A DNA stretch of 60,057 bases, counting the filler, from Bipalium vagum (taxonomy: Eukaryota): NCBI GenBank assembly GCA_037834085.1. It is 3 parts of 3 records of this genome, joined end to end, with 100 filler letters (N's around TTAATTAATTAA, not from the genome) between each part and the next. Parts side by side here need not be neighbours in the genome. Positions count along the whole stretch, not along the records: positions 35,374 to 60,057 come from JBBMKC010199164.1; 2 more parts are not named here. One strand, given 5' to 3'. Position numbers and translations under genes: made by a program. Under the pieces are notes generated by a model. That model was not told the origin of the DNA. It made no database searches and was given only the letters and a program-made list of their open reading frames with translations. This document shows positions 38,671 through 52,000 of this stretch, one piece after another; within the stretch, counting starts at the first letter, position 1; each line of letters starts with the position of its first letter.

Positions 38671-41600
38671 ATTCATTCATAATATTCAAACATTAAAAAT
38701 TATTAAAAATGAAAACATTAACAGAAAGTATTGAAATTGAAATAAATAAAATATTTGTTAAAAATAAAACTGCACGGAAATCGAAACGAATGAAAGTGTT
38801 CGTCCATTTGATTTAATCAAAAACCATCTTGAAAAAAATTTCCCATCCCATTATTGTTAATGGAGAACTTAAGAACGGTTTATATTGGAATTTTATTAAA
38901 ATAATTTTAAAAAAAATTCAAGAATTAAAATTACTAATTGTTTTATCAATTATCTCTCACATCTGACAAGCAAGAGGCAATGACATTTCTAAAAAATATA
39001 TAACGGAAAAGGAAAACTGAACGTCTAGACGTGTGCCATCTATGCTGGGAGATGTCAATCAAATTTACAACATAGGCAAAATGAACACTGTAAATGTCAC
39101 TTTTCCATGGAAAATCATGATGGATTTACATTTGGTTATTCATAACGGATACTTCCATTCCATAATACAGAACTGTTTATCAATCGTTTTTTTTTCATCT
39201 ATAAATAATTATGAAACCTATTCTTCATTTATTTATCCATTGCTGACTAAGTTTTTATTCCCATCATGACGACATTTGGGAGATTTTTAGGTTTTCTTAT
39301 CATTCAATATTTCTTTTTGAAAACCAGCGTGAAATTTCATTTTGTTCCGTTGAATTAATTTAATGAACATGATAATTTTTTGAAAATTTTATTTTTTCAA
39401 ATGCAAATTTATTATTATTGATAAATAACATTATATAATAATAATGTTTTAATATTATATTATATTTCTAAAATATATTATTTAAATTTATTTTTATTCC
39501 TCAATCAGTTTCACTACCAGAAATAATATTTTTTTAGTGAAATTAAAAAATAACATTAACTGAATTACAAAGTGCTTTGTCAAATATTTTAAACTGTAAA
39601 ATTAGGAAGTATTTTATTGATTAATTAATCAATGAGGACACATTTGGTATGAATCATTATCAAATATTGATATTTGAAGTCTTTATCAGTCAGTCGTCAA
39701 TACCAATTGCAAATTACTATCAATATTTTCTTAAATAATCGAAACTCGAAATATCTTCCCTTTCTTTTCAATGAACATATAATATTATAAAGCAAGAATA
39801 AATCAAAGAATATAAAGTTTTTTATATTAGCTACAACATGTCAAATAATAATAATAAAAACATGTTATTAAAGATATTTATTTAAAATTATTAAATTTTC
39901 ATAATATATTCCGAGAAATATAAAACCTGATCATTTCGAGAATCATTTATGTAAAGAATTATTTTAATTATAATTACAGAATCCATTCAGATTTATTAAA
40001 AAACACAAAAACAGTGACTTATCCTGTTAATATATTTATATTAACCAAGTTACATTTATCTAGCCCTGTATCTTTTACATGATTAGGTTATACGATGATC
40101 ATATGGGAAAATCAAATAATATAATTACTAAGAATTAATATTCATATTAACTCAAATCACTGCTGAAATGTTGATATAATCACGCAACACAGCACAATTA
40201 ATTGTCAATACCCCTCTGAATCATACTTACAATACGCATATATTCCGATAATAAAACGTTAACTGTTTCCTGTGCGAATTTTTCAATATCCTCTCGACAA
40301 CGACCCGCTTATAAAATTGTAATAACACTGTTACCAACGAAAACGGTAATGATTAAAAATCGAACATAGACAAATACAATAAAGGAATATCAGTCGACAA
40401 TAATAATAAAATTATAAGTCAAAGTGATTAATAATGTAAAAAGAAAAAAGTAAATCAAAAAATAAATAAGGAAAATAGATTAGAAACATCTCGCTGAATG
40501 AGCTATTTCTTCGGGTTCTTGGATCAACGAAGAGTGTTTGGTAGCTTGATAGGACCATGATCAATGTGTAGTCAAATTAATGAAAATAATAAAACTAAGA
40601 AACAAAACTATATTTTTGTATACGACAGTTAAATATGACCACAGAAATTGATTAGAAAAGTGAACGGGGAAAATATTTCATACATTATACAAATAATTCA
40701 ATACATTATTTTGACATCTAGGTCATGACTTAATTTAATTAAAGTCATACATACTTTTAATCCCCATTGATATATCACTCATAAATAAAAACTCTTCTGG
40801 AGCGTGTTATATGGATTTTAGTTTGGAAGATAAATCAATTTTCACCACCCTCGTATTACTGTTCAATCAAACGCAAAATATAAGAATAAATATAATTTGG
40901 TTGTGATCGCAACAGTGATAATGCTAATGACTGTGAGGTAACTGATCTATGAGTGTGACCGGAATCCTATGACTCATTCGCCAAACATTACGCTTTCGTA
41001 TTATCATTTATCTTGCTCGAAACAAATTTTCTTAAACGGAAAAGAGTTTGATTTGTTAAAGACCACCAATACCAACCAAAATGAATTTATCGACCATAAA
41101 CTTTTCAGCACTGAATTTCTCGGTTGACCAACAAACGACGAAGGATAATTAATAGAAAATCATTTTTGTAAATTAAAGTTTAAATTTTTGGTACTTTTCA
41201 CTTAAATCTTTGTCAAAATCCACAAGCCTTTCAAGTTAGTTTTTGTTATTCACTACGATTTCGATGTACCATTATTAACTTAAGGTATAAGAGGTGATTA
41301 GTACACTTCCTTATTTATTGAAATCAGATACTGTTGAACTTGTGTATCAGATACGTGTTTTTTAAAGTCTTTAAAGATTGAATTTGAATATCGAAACTTG
41401 TATTTAATGGAAGATAGAGAAAGGTTCGTTAATATCATATCTTACGAGAGAAAATTAGTGACAGTATACAAAACCACATATTGACATATCCAAAACGATA
41501 AAAATGCTTAACAAGTTTTCTATAATTGTGAACGATTCAGATTGAATATCTCTCTTCGTATTTCTTTTTCTCTTCTTTCGCAATGGTTCCTCTTAGTCTA

Positions 41601-42159
41601 ATGATGTTTTTGTTGAAATCAGTACCATAATTATTATTAAAATAACACCAGTGATTTTTTAAAGTTAATACTAATAATTAGATTTTAGCTACTGATAATT
41701 AATTAGTAGACTGTTTATTTTTTATTCTGAAAGCCTAATTTTAAAATTTTAAATTAAATTTAATGATTGACAGATTAACCTTTCATTTGCAAAATACATT
41801 TTTGTAGAAATATAAAATCAATGACAATTCATTAACCATGAAAATATTTTTTATTTTGCATATAGAATTTCTGTTAAACTGATTGGTATATTTTTACCTT
41901 CTTAGAAAAATTCGGCTTAGATCGAATTTTAAACCATTTAAGCAATTATTTACACTTAAAAAATTCACAATTAATATATAAAAAATATCGATTTATTGAT
42001 AAAAATTATTTCATAATTTATTATTAAATCTTAATTAATAATAATTAAAACAAAATTCACAAAAATAAATTATCGATAATTATATAAAATCAAAAAATCA
42101 ATAGAAATTTTTATTTGAACATTATCAGGACAAAGATTGATTCTTCCACAAATGCCTGT

Positions 42160-43209
42160 TTACGAATCGGTAAATTTCGCATCTCTCTTTTCCAAAAATG
42201 CCTTCATTCCTTCTCTGCGGTCGTTCTGAAAAAATAAATACGATAAGTAACTTCGCTGCAATCATTAATCAATATTGTACTGTTGCGAACGTTCCATAGA
42301 ATATGTTCTTCTCAAAACGGAGACCTGTCTCAAGCGTCGTATTGTAGGCGGCTGTCACGGCCTGTTTAGCAGCTTTCACTGACAGGGCGGACATCTTCGA
42401 TATTTTCTCTCCCAACTTTATGGTTTCGTCGACCAACATATTGCTAGGAAACACTTTACTCACTAAACCACGAGCTAGGGCCTCTTTGGCATCGATCACA
42501 TCTCCTAGATTAAAATCAGTCAACTGAGAATTTCAAATTGAAAACATTCCCCACCTGTCAAGACCAGCTCCATGGCACGAGACTTTCCGATTACTCGCAC
42601 CAATCTTTGTGTTCCTCCTCCGCCTGGAATGGTGCCTAGCTTAATTTCTGGTTGACTGAATTTGGCATTCTCTCCCGCATAAATGATGTCACATGCCATT
42701 GCCATCTCACAACCTCCACCAAATGCATAACCGTTAACAGCGGCAATCAGGGGTTTTGCGTTTGCTCCCACCGTATCAAATTCATTAAGAAAATCAGTAC
42801 CGTACACATTACTGTACTCTCTGGTTGACATTTCTTTAATGTCTGCACCAGCTAAAATCAAATCGATTAAAAACTTCCAATCAAGAAATCTTGCCAGCAA
42901 AAGCCTTTTCACTTCCTGTTAAAATAATACATTTGATACTAGGATCATTGTTAAAATTATTCATTGCATCTTTAAGCTCTACCAATAATTCCGAACAGAG
43001 TGCATTCAAAGCTTTTGGTCTATTAAACTGAATAAATCCTATATTTTGATTTTGACCCTTTTTACTAGTAATTAAAGTATTGTAACCTGCAATAGGATAT
43101 ATGTGTGTGTATTTAAAATTTAATGTTCAATATTACTAGTTGAATAAAATAATTTATTCTTTATTACAGATTTCCATATCCGGGATTTATTTACATTCAA
43201 AAAATTCAT
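42160..43209 (-). CDS. ECHS1: Mitochondrial short-chain enoyl-CoA hydratase (crotonase), 5 exons, 283 aa
   Basis: Exons 43209-43137, 43086-42895, 42851-42555, 42504-42281 and 42225-42160 (852 nt). Motifs [82 protein letters not shown]; basic N-terminal presequence. Confidence 0.95.
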
Positions 43210-46073
43210 TTTACACAAAATATTTAAACAATTTGATATTATAAATATTTCTTTTATTTATTATTGTTTTGAAACATTAACAATGGAATAAAATTAAGAT
43301 CTATTTTCTCTTGGATTAAATATTTTTAAATAGATCGAAAATTTTATATACACAATAAAAAATTAAATTCTAAAAATAAGATTTTTTCATATTGATAATT
43401 TGCAGAAGACTTTAACGATGTGTGATATGATATTAAAACTTAGGATTCTATCAAATTTCTTCAGATTACAACTCAATCTCTTGAGAACTACTCAAACACA
43501 CAAACTTTTTGAAAACGTATATATTTCAGCATTTGGTTAAGTGTAACTGATGACTCTTTAAATATAACAAAGAATTCTTTCGTTGATACATAATTAGTTA
43601 GAAGGCCAACAAAATGCTATACTTCTTCGTACAAGTTCAAGATATACCAATGAAAAGACACAGAACCCATGAATGATAACACAGCGGTTTTGAGCCAGTC
43701 TCTCCAAGTGACTGATAATTTTTCTGATGAATCAAGGCAGTGATGCTTAGTTTCATAACAAATCTCTATTCTGGAATAAGTGTATTCAGGTCGACTTTTC
43801 TCGTTAGCTTATACTTCCGCCTGATCAGAGTATAACTTGAATACTTTATTGTATACCAGAATATTTTGAATTAAAATTTTCAACTGCAGGGAGTTGATAT
43901 GTGGGCCAATCTGGATTCCATAGTTTTCTTGCAGGAAAGCTAAGAATTACTCTTGAAATAAATCTTTATTTTTTGAGAAGATTCAAGACCTGAGCCAGTA
44001 TCAATGAAAATTCTGATCAACCAGACTTAAAGATATCGAGCGGAAGAGGTTGGATTCGAGGCGAATATGAATGCTAGGGTAGACCTTCCAACTTACGAAT
44101 TTCTAAGTGTGCTTTAAACAGTTGAAAACACGTGGACAAGTACTATCATGTTGCAAAATGATTTTATCAGATCTATCTGCGTAAAATTGTCGTTTATCCT
44201 TTACTACCTGGCTTAAACGCATTAATTGAGGTTGGTATCTATCACTTGTGATTGTTTCTTGTGGTTGCAACTACTCATAATATATGCTTCTTAAATAATC
44301 ATACCAATTAGGCAACATAAGGTTTTGACCATGAATACTTGGTTTGGGCGTCCATGTAGATGCAAAAAAACAAAAAATTTAACATTTAATTTGTTAGATA
44401 TTTAATTACATTTTAAAATAGTACTTATTAAACTTATGTAATACCACATATACCTAAGCTGTGGTAACTTATTTCGGATTCCGGAAATTATTTCACATAC
44501 CTAGTAATTAAATTTAATTCTTAATTATTTTAAATTATTAATATTAGAATTTATATTAGTAACCTAATCCTAGGTTTTTATTTATACTTTTTATTTTTTC
44601 TACTTGAAATTTTTTCATTAAAAGTTTTTGTACAATGTTTTTTGACCTATTGCAATATTATAGGTCAAATTATAAACATTTGATGATGAGCAGGTCGTTT
44701 TTCACACATTGCATAAATTAAACTTAAAGATTAGTTAAAGATTATTTTATACAATAATTATTGTATTGCACATATTACAGATTGAAGAAACGATGTTAAA
44801 CCACAATGCTAAAACTCATCGACAAAGATACCTATCTAAGTAATGCTGGGCGTTAGTAATTGCAGATAAAAGCTACAAGCCTGAGAAATTTGAACCAAAA
44901 ATTATATCTTTATAATCATATACAGGATAGCACATTATAATTTTCTTCTTCTTATTAATATTTTGTTATTATTGTTTCTACTTATTTTTTAGATTTTATC
45001 AGTACTTCTTTATATAGTTTTAGAAACACAGGAAAAAATATAATATTTGTTTCCTCCTACTCGGGTTTAATTTTCACATAAAATATAAAATAGATTATAT
45101 CAAAAACAATTATATATAATCACGATAAGTACAAATATTTACAAGCATTCAGAAAGATACAATAAAATAGGATCGTATCGTCACGTGGTATATGGATCAC
45201 ATTATCTTTTCTTTAGATGGAATTTTAAAATGGTAACTGCAAAGCTGTAGATGAAAAAGAGTATTTGGGAGAAATCACAATAGCATTAAGACTAGAAATT
45301 ATTTTAGAGAACAAATCTACAAATGTACACCTAGAATATTACAGACTAAATTCCTATATCAATTTAAATGTGATAGTTTATATATATGGAAAACAAAGCT
45401 TTATCTCTGAACATGTATTTGTGAAGGTGTCCAATCAATTAAAACTAATAAAGTTTTAGATCTCTTCATGATTTGTAATTAAAGAATAAGTAAAATAAAT
45501 GATAAGACTTTTGGATAATCCTGAATAATTTTGATAATTACAAAAGAGAAATCTGGAGTCATTGGTAATCAGATAGAATTGGTTATCAACTATTAAGTGG
45601 ATAAAGTAAAAGGTAAAAAGGAAAATAATAATAAATCATTCGTTAATCGTATTCACTGTCTTGTGTTTTGGCCACTAATTTTAAATTTGAAAAAGGTCGT
45701 GGATAAATGTGATTTAATTGATGCGCTATTTATGTACTTCTTATAAACAAAAAATATTTCTGATTATGAAAAGAATAAAATTTATAAAAAAATATTCAAT
45801 CTGTAATGGTATTAAATACCACATTATTTTCTTGAAAACTTAATAACTTGAAGGCATAGTTTTATAATACATAGTCTAAAATATTTAAAATGGCTAAATA
45901 TTATAGAAAATAAATATAATATAATTAATTCATAGAACGTGTACCATAAATTTCTAAAAAAAATTTATTATTAAAAAGTAATCACCAAATTCAAAAAATG
46001 TCATGTAAAGCAGTATCAAACATGAAAATTTCGTTTTTAAATGAAGGGAATCTATGAGTTGTTTGGGAATATA

Positions 46074-49000
46074 TTATGATTCGTAATAATTATTCGAAAG
46101 ACTATTTAATCTCATCAAAACGCATTCAGCATTTATTCGGGCCTCTGGATCTTCATCCCAGCATTCCGTAATGGTTTTCCACAAAGTCAGTACTTGCTAA
46201 GAATGATTATTTATTGACATTGTTAAAATAAAATACCGGAAATTTGTCCCAAAATGGATTGAATTCAGGTCTTAATATTCTATTATTAACACAATATTTC
46301 AAGTCTTCAAATGTTGGCTTTTCACCAACCAGAACCTGATAAGGAAAATGGAAATCATTTATAGTTAGTCCTGGAAATTCACATCGACTGAGAACTTCCC
46401 AAAATACAAGGGCCATGGAAAATATATCAATACGGAGAAAAGAGTTCATATTAAAATTAATTGATCCTTCCAATAATTCGGGAGCCATATAATACAGTGT
46501 TCCAACCTTCAATGAAGTCAAAAGTTATGGTAATAATCAGTAAAATAATAAATGTTTTAGGTAAAAATAAAAATCTTAATTGTCCAAAAATAAACTTTGT
46601 TTCCTCTTAATTGAAAACTTTATTTAATGTTTTTAATTTAATTGGTTTGTATTATCAGGTTATAACAATTTTTTCATGATTTTGAATATAAATTTATAAG
46701 TAGTAAAACATTTTATTTAAAAATAATCATGAAAATCAATCGATAATGTTATTTCCTTTATTTTTCGGGACCTTTTTCATTTTTTCATCAGTTTACCAAA
46801 ACCTTTTTTCCCGAAGTCGCTAGAAAAAGTTGACCACTCACTTTTGAAGGTCCTCCCCAAAAGTAATGGGCTTCATTTGGTTAGATAACGAGTGTTAAAG
46901 ATAGAAATTTGTTTGTGTAAGATCAGAGAAATATGGATGGTAAAATATTCCAATTAATAACGTGGAAAATGGTTTTCAAGAATATTTTCTATGTGCGGTC
47001 TCATGGATAAGAATGACTCCTGCTCTATTATCCAGTATTTTTTCTTTCATAATATCATTTACTCGATGCAATTTATTTATGTACATGAGCTTGTTGATTG
47101 TCTGGCTTTTCTAGATTATTCTCATTGTATGAAATATGCTCAATTTCACCAAACAGAGATCACGATTTTCTTGGAATGCAAGTCTTGTTAAATTCTGGGC
47201 TTGCTGCGCGAGCAGGAGTCAATCATTTATTTCTGTGGTTCATGTTTGTATCCAAACATGAAGCCTTAACTTTTCATAATGAATTGATGATAAAACCATT
47301 CTATGTGGTCTCGTGTTGTTTGGTGTTTGGTAAAATTTTGAAGTAGAATTTTTAAACAATTTTCCTTGAGTTTTTCGTCCAGAATATATGGCAAATAAGA
47401 ACTCAGTTTTGAATATATCATGTGATCTTAGGTGACTGAAAACTATCATTGGATTGTTGTATCTTCTCTGGACACCAATCTGTGTGCACGACCAAATCTA
47501 TAAAAAAAAGCTTTGCAAAAGCTAACTGAACTATTTATAGACAGCCTACAGTATCTATCGTATTCCCCAGACTTAGTACCAACGGGTTATCATTTCTTTA
47601 AGCATCTCGATAATTTTCTGGTGAAGGAAATTCTTGCGAATTGGAGAAGAATTGAAATGGATATCTCCGACTTCATCACTTCTAGAAAACTATATTTTAC
47701 ATAGATGATATTGAAAACCTGCTAACTCGTTGGGACAAATATATTGGGTGCAACGGTGGGTATTTTAATTGAATAAAATCTTTTAATACGTTCATTATAT
47801 TATATAATCGGACATTTCAAATCACATAGCCTATTTGGTGCAATCCAAAACCTCGTGGGCTACGTAAGAGAAGGAAAGAATAATTCAACCAAATTTATTT
47901 TAATACAAGTCTAATATGAAACAAGAAAATTTAATCACTTGATTAATTTTCTAAATAAGAACCTTGATTGTCAATGCATTTTACCACCAGAGTGCTAGTT
48001 CATGAAAATGAGCTTGCGACAGTGAGTGAAAATATTGTTCGACTTGGCTTTTTAGCTCATGTTGATTCTTAAAAAGTTTACTACGTAAATTCTTTTTAAG
48101 ATGACCAAATAAAAAAATATCTGATGACACCAAATCGGGGCTATATGCTAGTTGGTTGGGTTGAACAATATTCAAATAAATATGCTTCTTTATCTTTTCA
48201 AATTTCTGTTAGAATCCATCCACTATTCTTTGAAAAAACAGAAGTCTTCCTCGACGAAATTCTGCTATCCATTTGTAAATAAAAGCTTTTTGATGGATTT
48301 CTTTTTAAAAAACGTGACTTAATTCATCAGCTATTTCCTTCCCATTTATGTTTTTCTTGAGCAAGTATTTAATTTTAGTACGAACCAGTTGAATCCATTA
48401 TTTAACAAAAACTTGGAAATAGAATTTAGAAGATTTGCCAATTTTACACTAACACAACTGAACATTAAAACAAATATTTTTCATAACCATCAGTTGTTGC
48501 AGTAAATCCATGACACTTTCAGTAAAATATAATCACCTAACGACATTAAGTCCACAAGGTTTGGATCGCATCACGTAATATGTAAACATATATAATATTA
48601 CCCTAAAATCATGTGTATAACACGCGTGTTATACAAGAAAAAAACTAAGTATTTTTGAAAAATTATATCAGCGTGTTATACACAGGTGCGTGTTATACAA
48701 CAAAAAAATAAGTAATAAGTAATAAGATTCAGATAAGTAGCCTTCATTTATTTCTTCGTTAGGTTTTATAATTTTACTTTATAAAAGCCATTTTGAATGC
48801 AACTTTTTGTTACTAATGACCATGATTCAACAATCCACTTCCAACAATATCTTCCACTCTCTAATTGAGGCTTCATTAATTCATTCTTCATTGTAAATCC
48901 GCCCTGCTTCTCGATTGCCGTGATTTTCTGCATATTTAACTGAAATATACATTTACAACCATATTTCAAAAACATATATCAACCCATTTCTAGCTTTTTT

Positions 49001-52000
49001 AAGGTTGAATATGTTTCTTTGTTTCCATGTTTAACGAATAATGTTAATTATTTTAAGAATTCTAAAAAGTTAGACTAATTTGAAAATGAAACAAACATAT
49101 ATAATATTAAAACAAATATGCGTGTTATACACAGGTGCGCATTATAAACGGGATTTTAGGGTAAATGATACTTATATTTTAAAAAAATTGTGATGAATTT
49201 TGGACAAAAGCGTAAAATCCATGAAATAAACCACAGTCTTCTGTATGAGTCCTCCAAGATAGATGAATATTAATAAAAGCTGTTCGTAATCAAAGCACTT
49301 CAAAGTATGTAGTTACTTGTTTTTCAGAAAAATTGAATATCACAACATTGAGTCTAGGGGTTCATATATAAAGGTTAATTCTAAATAATACACAGGCTTT
49401 TGTTTGCCAGAAGATTTTGGAGAAAAAAGAAAACAATTGAAGACATTCTCACACATTTCACAGTAAATAGCTTTTTGAATTCTCAAAACTTGTACTTATG
49501 AGACATCTGACGTAGTTCTGATTTGACTTCTTTTTATTCTCTATGTGAAAAACGATTTTTAATATCAGACAATTCTATTGATGAGTTCAAAACACGTTTT
49601 CAAAATATGTTTTTCTATGACCAGTATTTTGAAAATTGATTCACCGCAAATGAAAAAAAATTTATTGGGAATACAATCTCAGATTTCTGACTGCATAGAA
49701 TTGACAGATTACTGAAAACACAAACTACTGTAACAAATCTTTCTAAAAATTGATAATGAAGTATTATGTAAGCTGAAGGTGAAACATTTTTTTATTTGAC
49801 ACTACTACAGCGCAGACCTAAAATATTTCTGATGATTATAAGAAGTAAAATGCTGATTAAGATGGTTTGGGAACCATCTTAATTACTCCAATATCAACAA
49901 GTTGCTGACTGTACAGGGTGTCCCATAAGTTCCGTGGAAAGTAAACTTAAATATCTTTCATTAAATTTCTATTTATATAATATTAAAGTATGTAAGTCTA
50001 AGTTTTTTTTAATATTTTAAAATTAGATTTAGCAAATGCCGCTTGATTTGAAGTTAAGAATCAAAATTGTACTTTTAATGGTCAAATTCAACTCAATTTC
50101 TGCTGTTAACGGAAATTAAATGCCGAATTTGGGAAAACCTCACCAATTGAAAGTGCTAAAAGAGATACTTTTCATCGTTTTTGTGAGATTGGCTCGGTGG
50201 AAGATTGTGAACGTTCTGGAAGACCAAGGCTAATAACTAAAGATGAAGTTCAGAAAATGAGTGAAATTATTGACCCACAATACAGTGTTAGATCTGTTGC
50301 AACCACCTGCTTCATTTCGCGAACAGCAGCCCATCGAATTATGAGAGAACAGTTATCATTGAAACCCTTTAAGGTCCATTTCACGCAGGAATTAAATGAA
50401 GAGGATTTGCAAGACAGAGTTGAGATGTGCAAAAGCCTGGTCCCAATGTTAGAAAATGTGGATATTCAGGTGTTAGTGAAAATTAGACGGAGATACCGGG
50501 ATTCGAACCCGGGACCTTCACATGCGCATGCACTGCTCTGACCGCTGAGCTACATCCCCCGACTAACTTTCAATTTATCTCACATCAGGAAAATATTTTC
50601 TTTTCATATGAAGCAACGTTTTACCTAAAAGGATTAGTAAATAAACATAACGTCAGATATTAGTCAGAAAGTAATCCACATGTTACTTTTGAAACTGCTA
50701 GAAAATCCTAGAAGGTAAATGTTTGGTGTGCTTGGCAAAAAATTAAATTATCGGTCCGTATTTCTTTGAAGTTGAGACTGTTAATGGCCAAAATTATCTA
50801 TCAATGCTTCAAGACTATTTTATGTTTGAAGTGAGAAAAATGTACAAAGTACGGTCTCTGGTATTTCTCTCCTGCGCATTTTTCACCAAGTGTACGACGG
50901 TATCTTGACGCTCATTTTCCGAACAGGTGGATTGGAAGAGATGGTTCAATTCGATGGGCTCCACTTTCACCAGATTTAACTCCTCTTGACTTCTATTTAT
51001 GGGGCCATTTAAAGAATAAGATATAAAAATCTGAAATCAAAAATATTGACGACTTGAAAACAAAAATCACCGAAGAAATAAAAATTGTTATCACAGAAAC
51101 TTTGAATAGCGTATTTTTAAATATTGTAAAAAGGATGAATTTATGGATATCAGTTAATGGTAGTCATTTCGAACAATTGTTGTAAATATTCTTATATGAA
51201 ATAAAAATTAAAAAAATTGTCTTTAATTTTATAAAGCAAGCGATTAAATATCTCAATCTTCTTTAGAAATATTTAAGTTTACGTTCTTCGGGGACTAATG
51301 GGACACACTGTATTAATCTTTGAAATTATGAAGAGCAGCCGGTCAGACTTAAAATCACTACTTTTCAGTATATATCTAGAATCTTGAGACACATCTTTCA
51401 AGACTTAATAGAAGAAAATTATATTTTATATAATATTGACCAACCGTGCTATATATGGATAAAAAAGTTACAAGAATAATGGTAGGTTATCTAGTCACAA
51501 TTTTGTTTTTAATTCTTACCCATTTCAATTTTATGTTCAATTGAGGATTAATGTCTTCCATAAACCATGGATAAGGGATTTCTAATGCTTAGATCTCCTA
51601 TACTTTACAAAAGATTGACAAGGATGAGTTGAATGTTGAAGTTCATTTCTAGATAAAAATTAGGACTCGCAGAACATTTACTATCGATTATTAATTTATG
51701 TTATATTATATTATTTAATCAATAAAAAATTGATTCTGGATTTAAAGATAACCAATATATTATTAAAATTGATTTTTAAAGGAATAACAGAAAAATATAA
51801 TAAAAATATATAATTACAATTAAAAAAACATCTAAATTATCATTTTAAATTAATTCTTTTAAATATTTAAAGTGAAAAATAACAAATTTATTTACCCTAT
51901 TATTGAATGCGCTTCTGTAGTTTCTTTGGCATACTGCTAAACCGAAATCAGCGATGCAAGCCGTTAAATTAGATTTCAATAAAATATTTTTGGATTTAAT

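Larger units (their letters stand above)
49914..51310 (+). mobile_element. Full-length Tc1/mariner transposon, probably DD41D (rosa/Visitor-like), pseudogenised, copy 2; carries a 114-bp insertion
   Basis: TA-flanked imperfect TIRs CAGGGTGTCCCATAAGTTCC..GTAAACTTAAATAT and (rc) CAGTGTGTCCCATTAGTCCC..GTAAACTTAAATAT; transposase from MPLDLKLRIKIVLLM through RSGRP, KPFK and SPDLTPLDFYLWG. Confidence 0.9.

Noticed and set aside
43600-44360. GC-elevated tract upstream of ECHS1
   Set aside because: The frames I translated are interrupted and no family motif could be recognised; probably an old repeat but unsupported.
50489-50559. Bona fide tRNA-Ala gene or ordinary tRNA-SINE
   Set aside because: The anticodon arm is malformed, the unit sits in a TSD-flanked insert, and it lacks a SINE tail; fixed TG...CA ends and 5-bp TSDs fit integrase-type insertion better.
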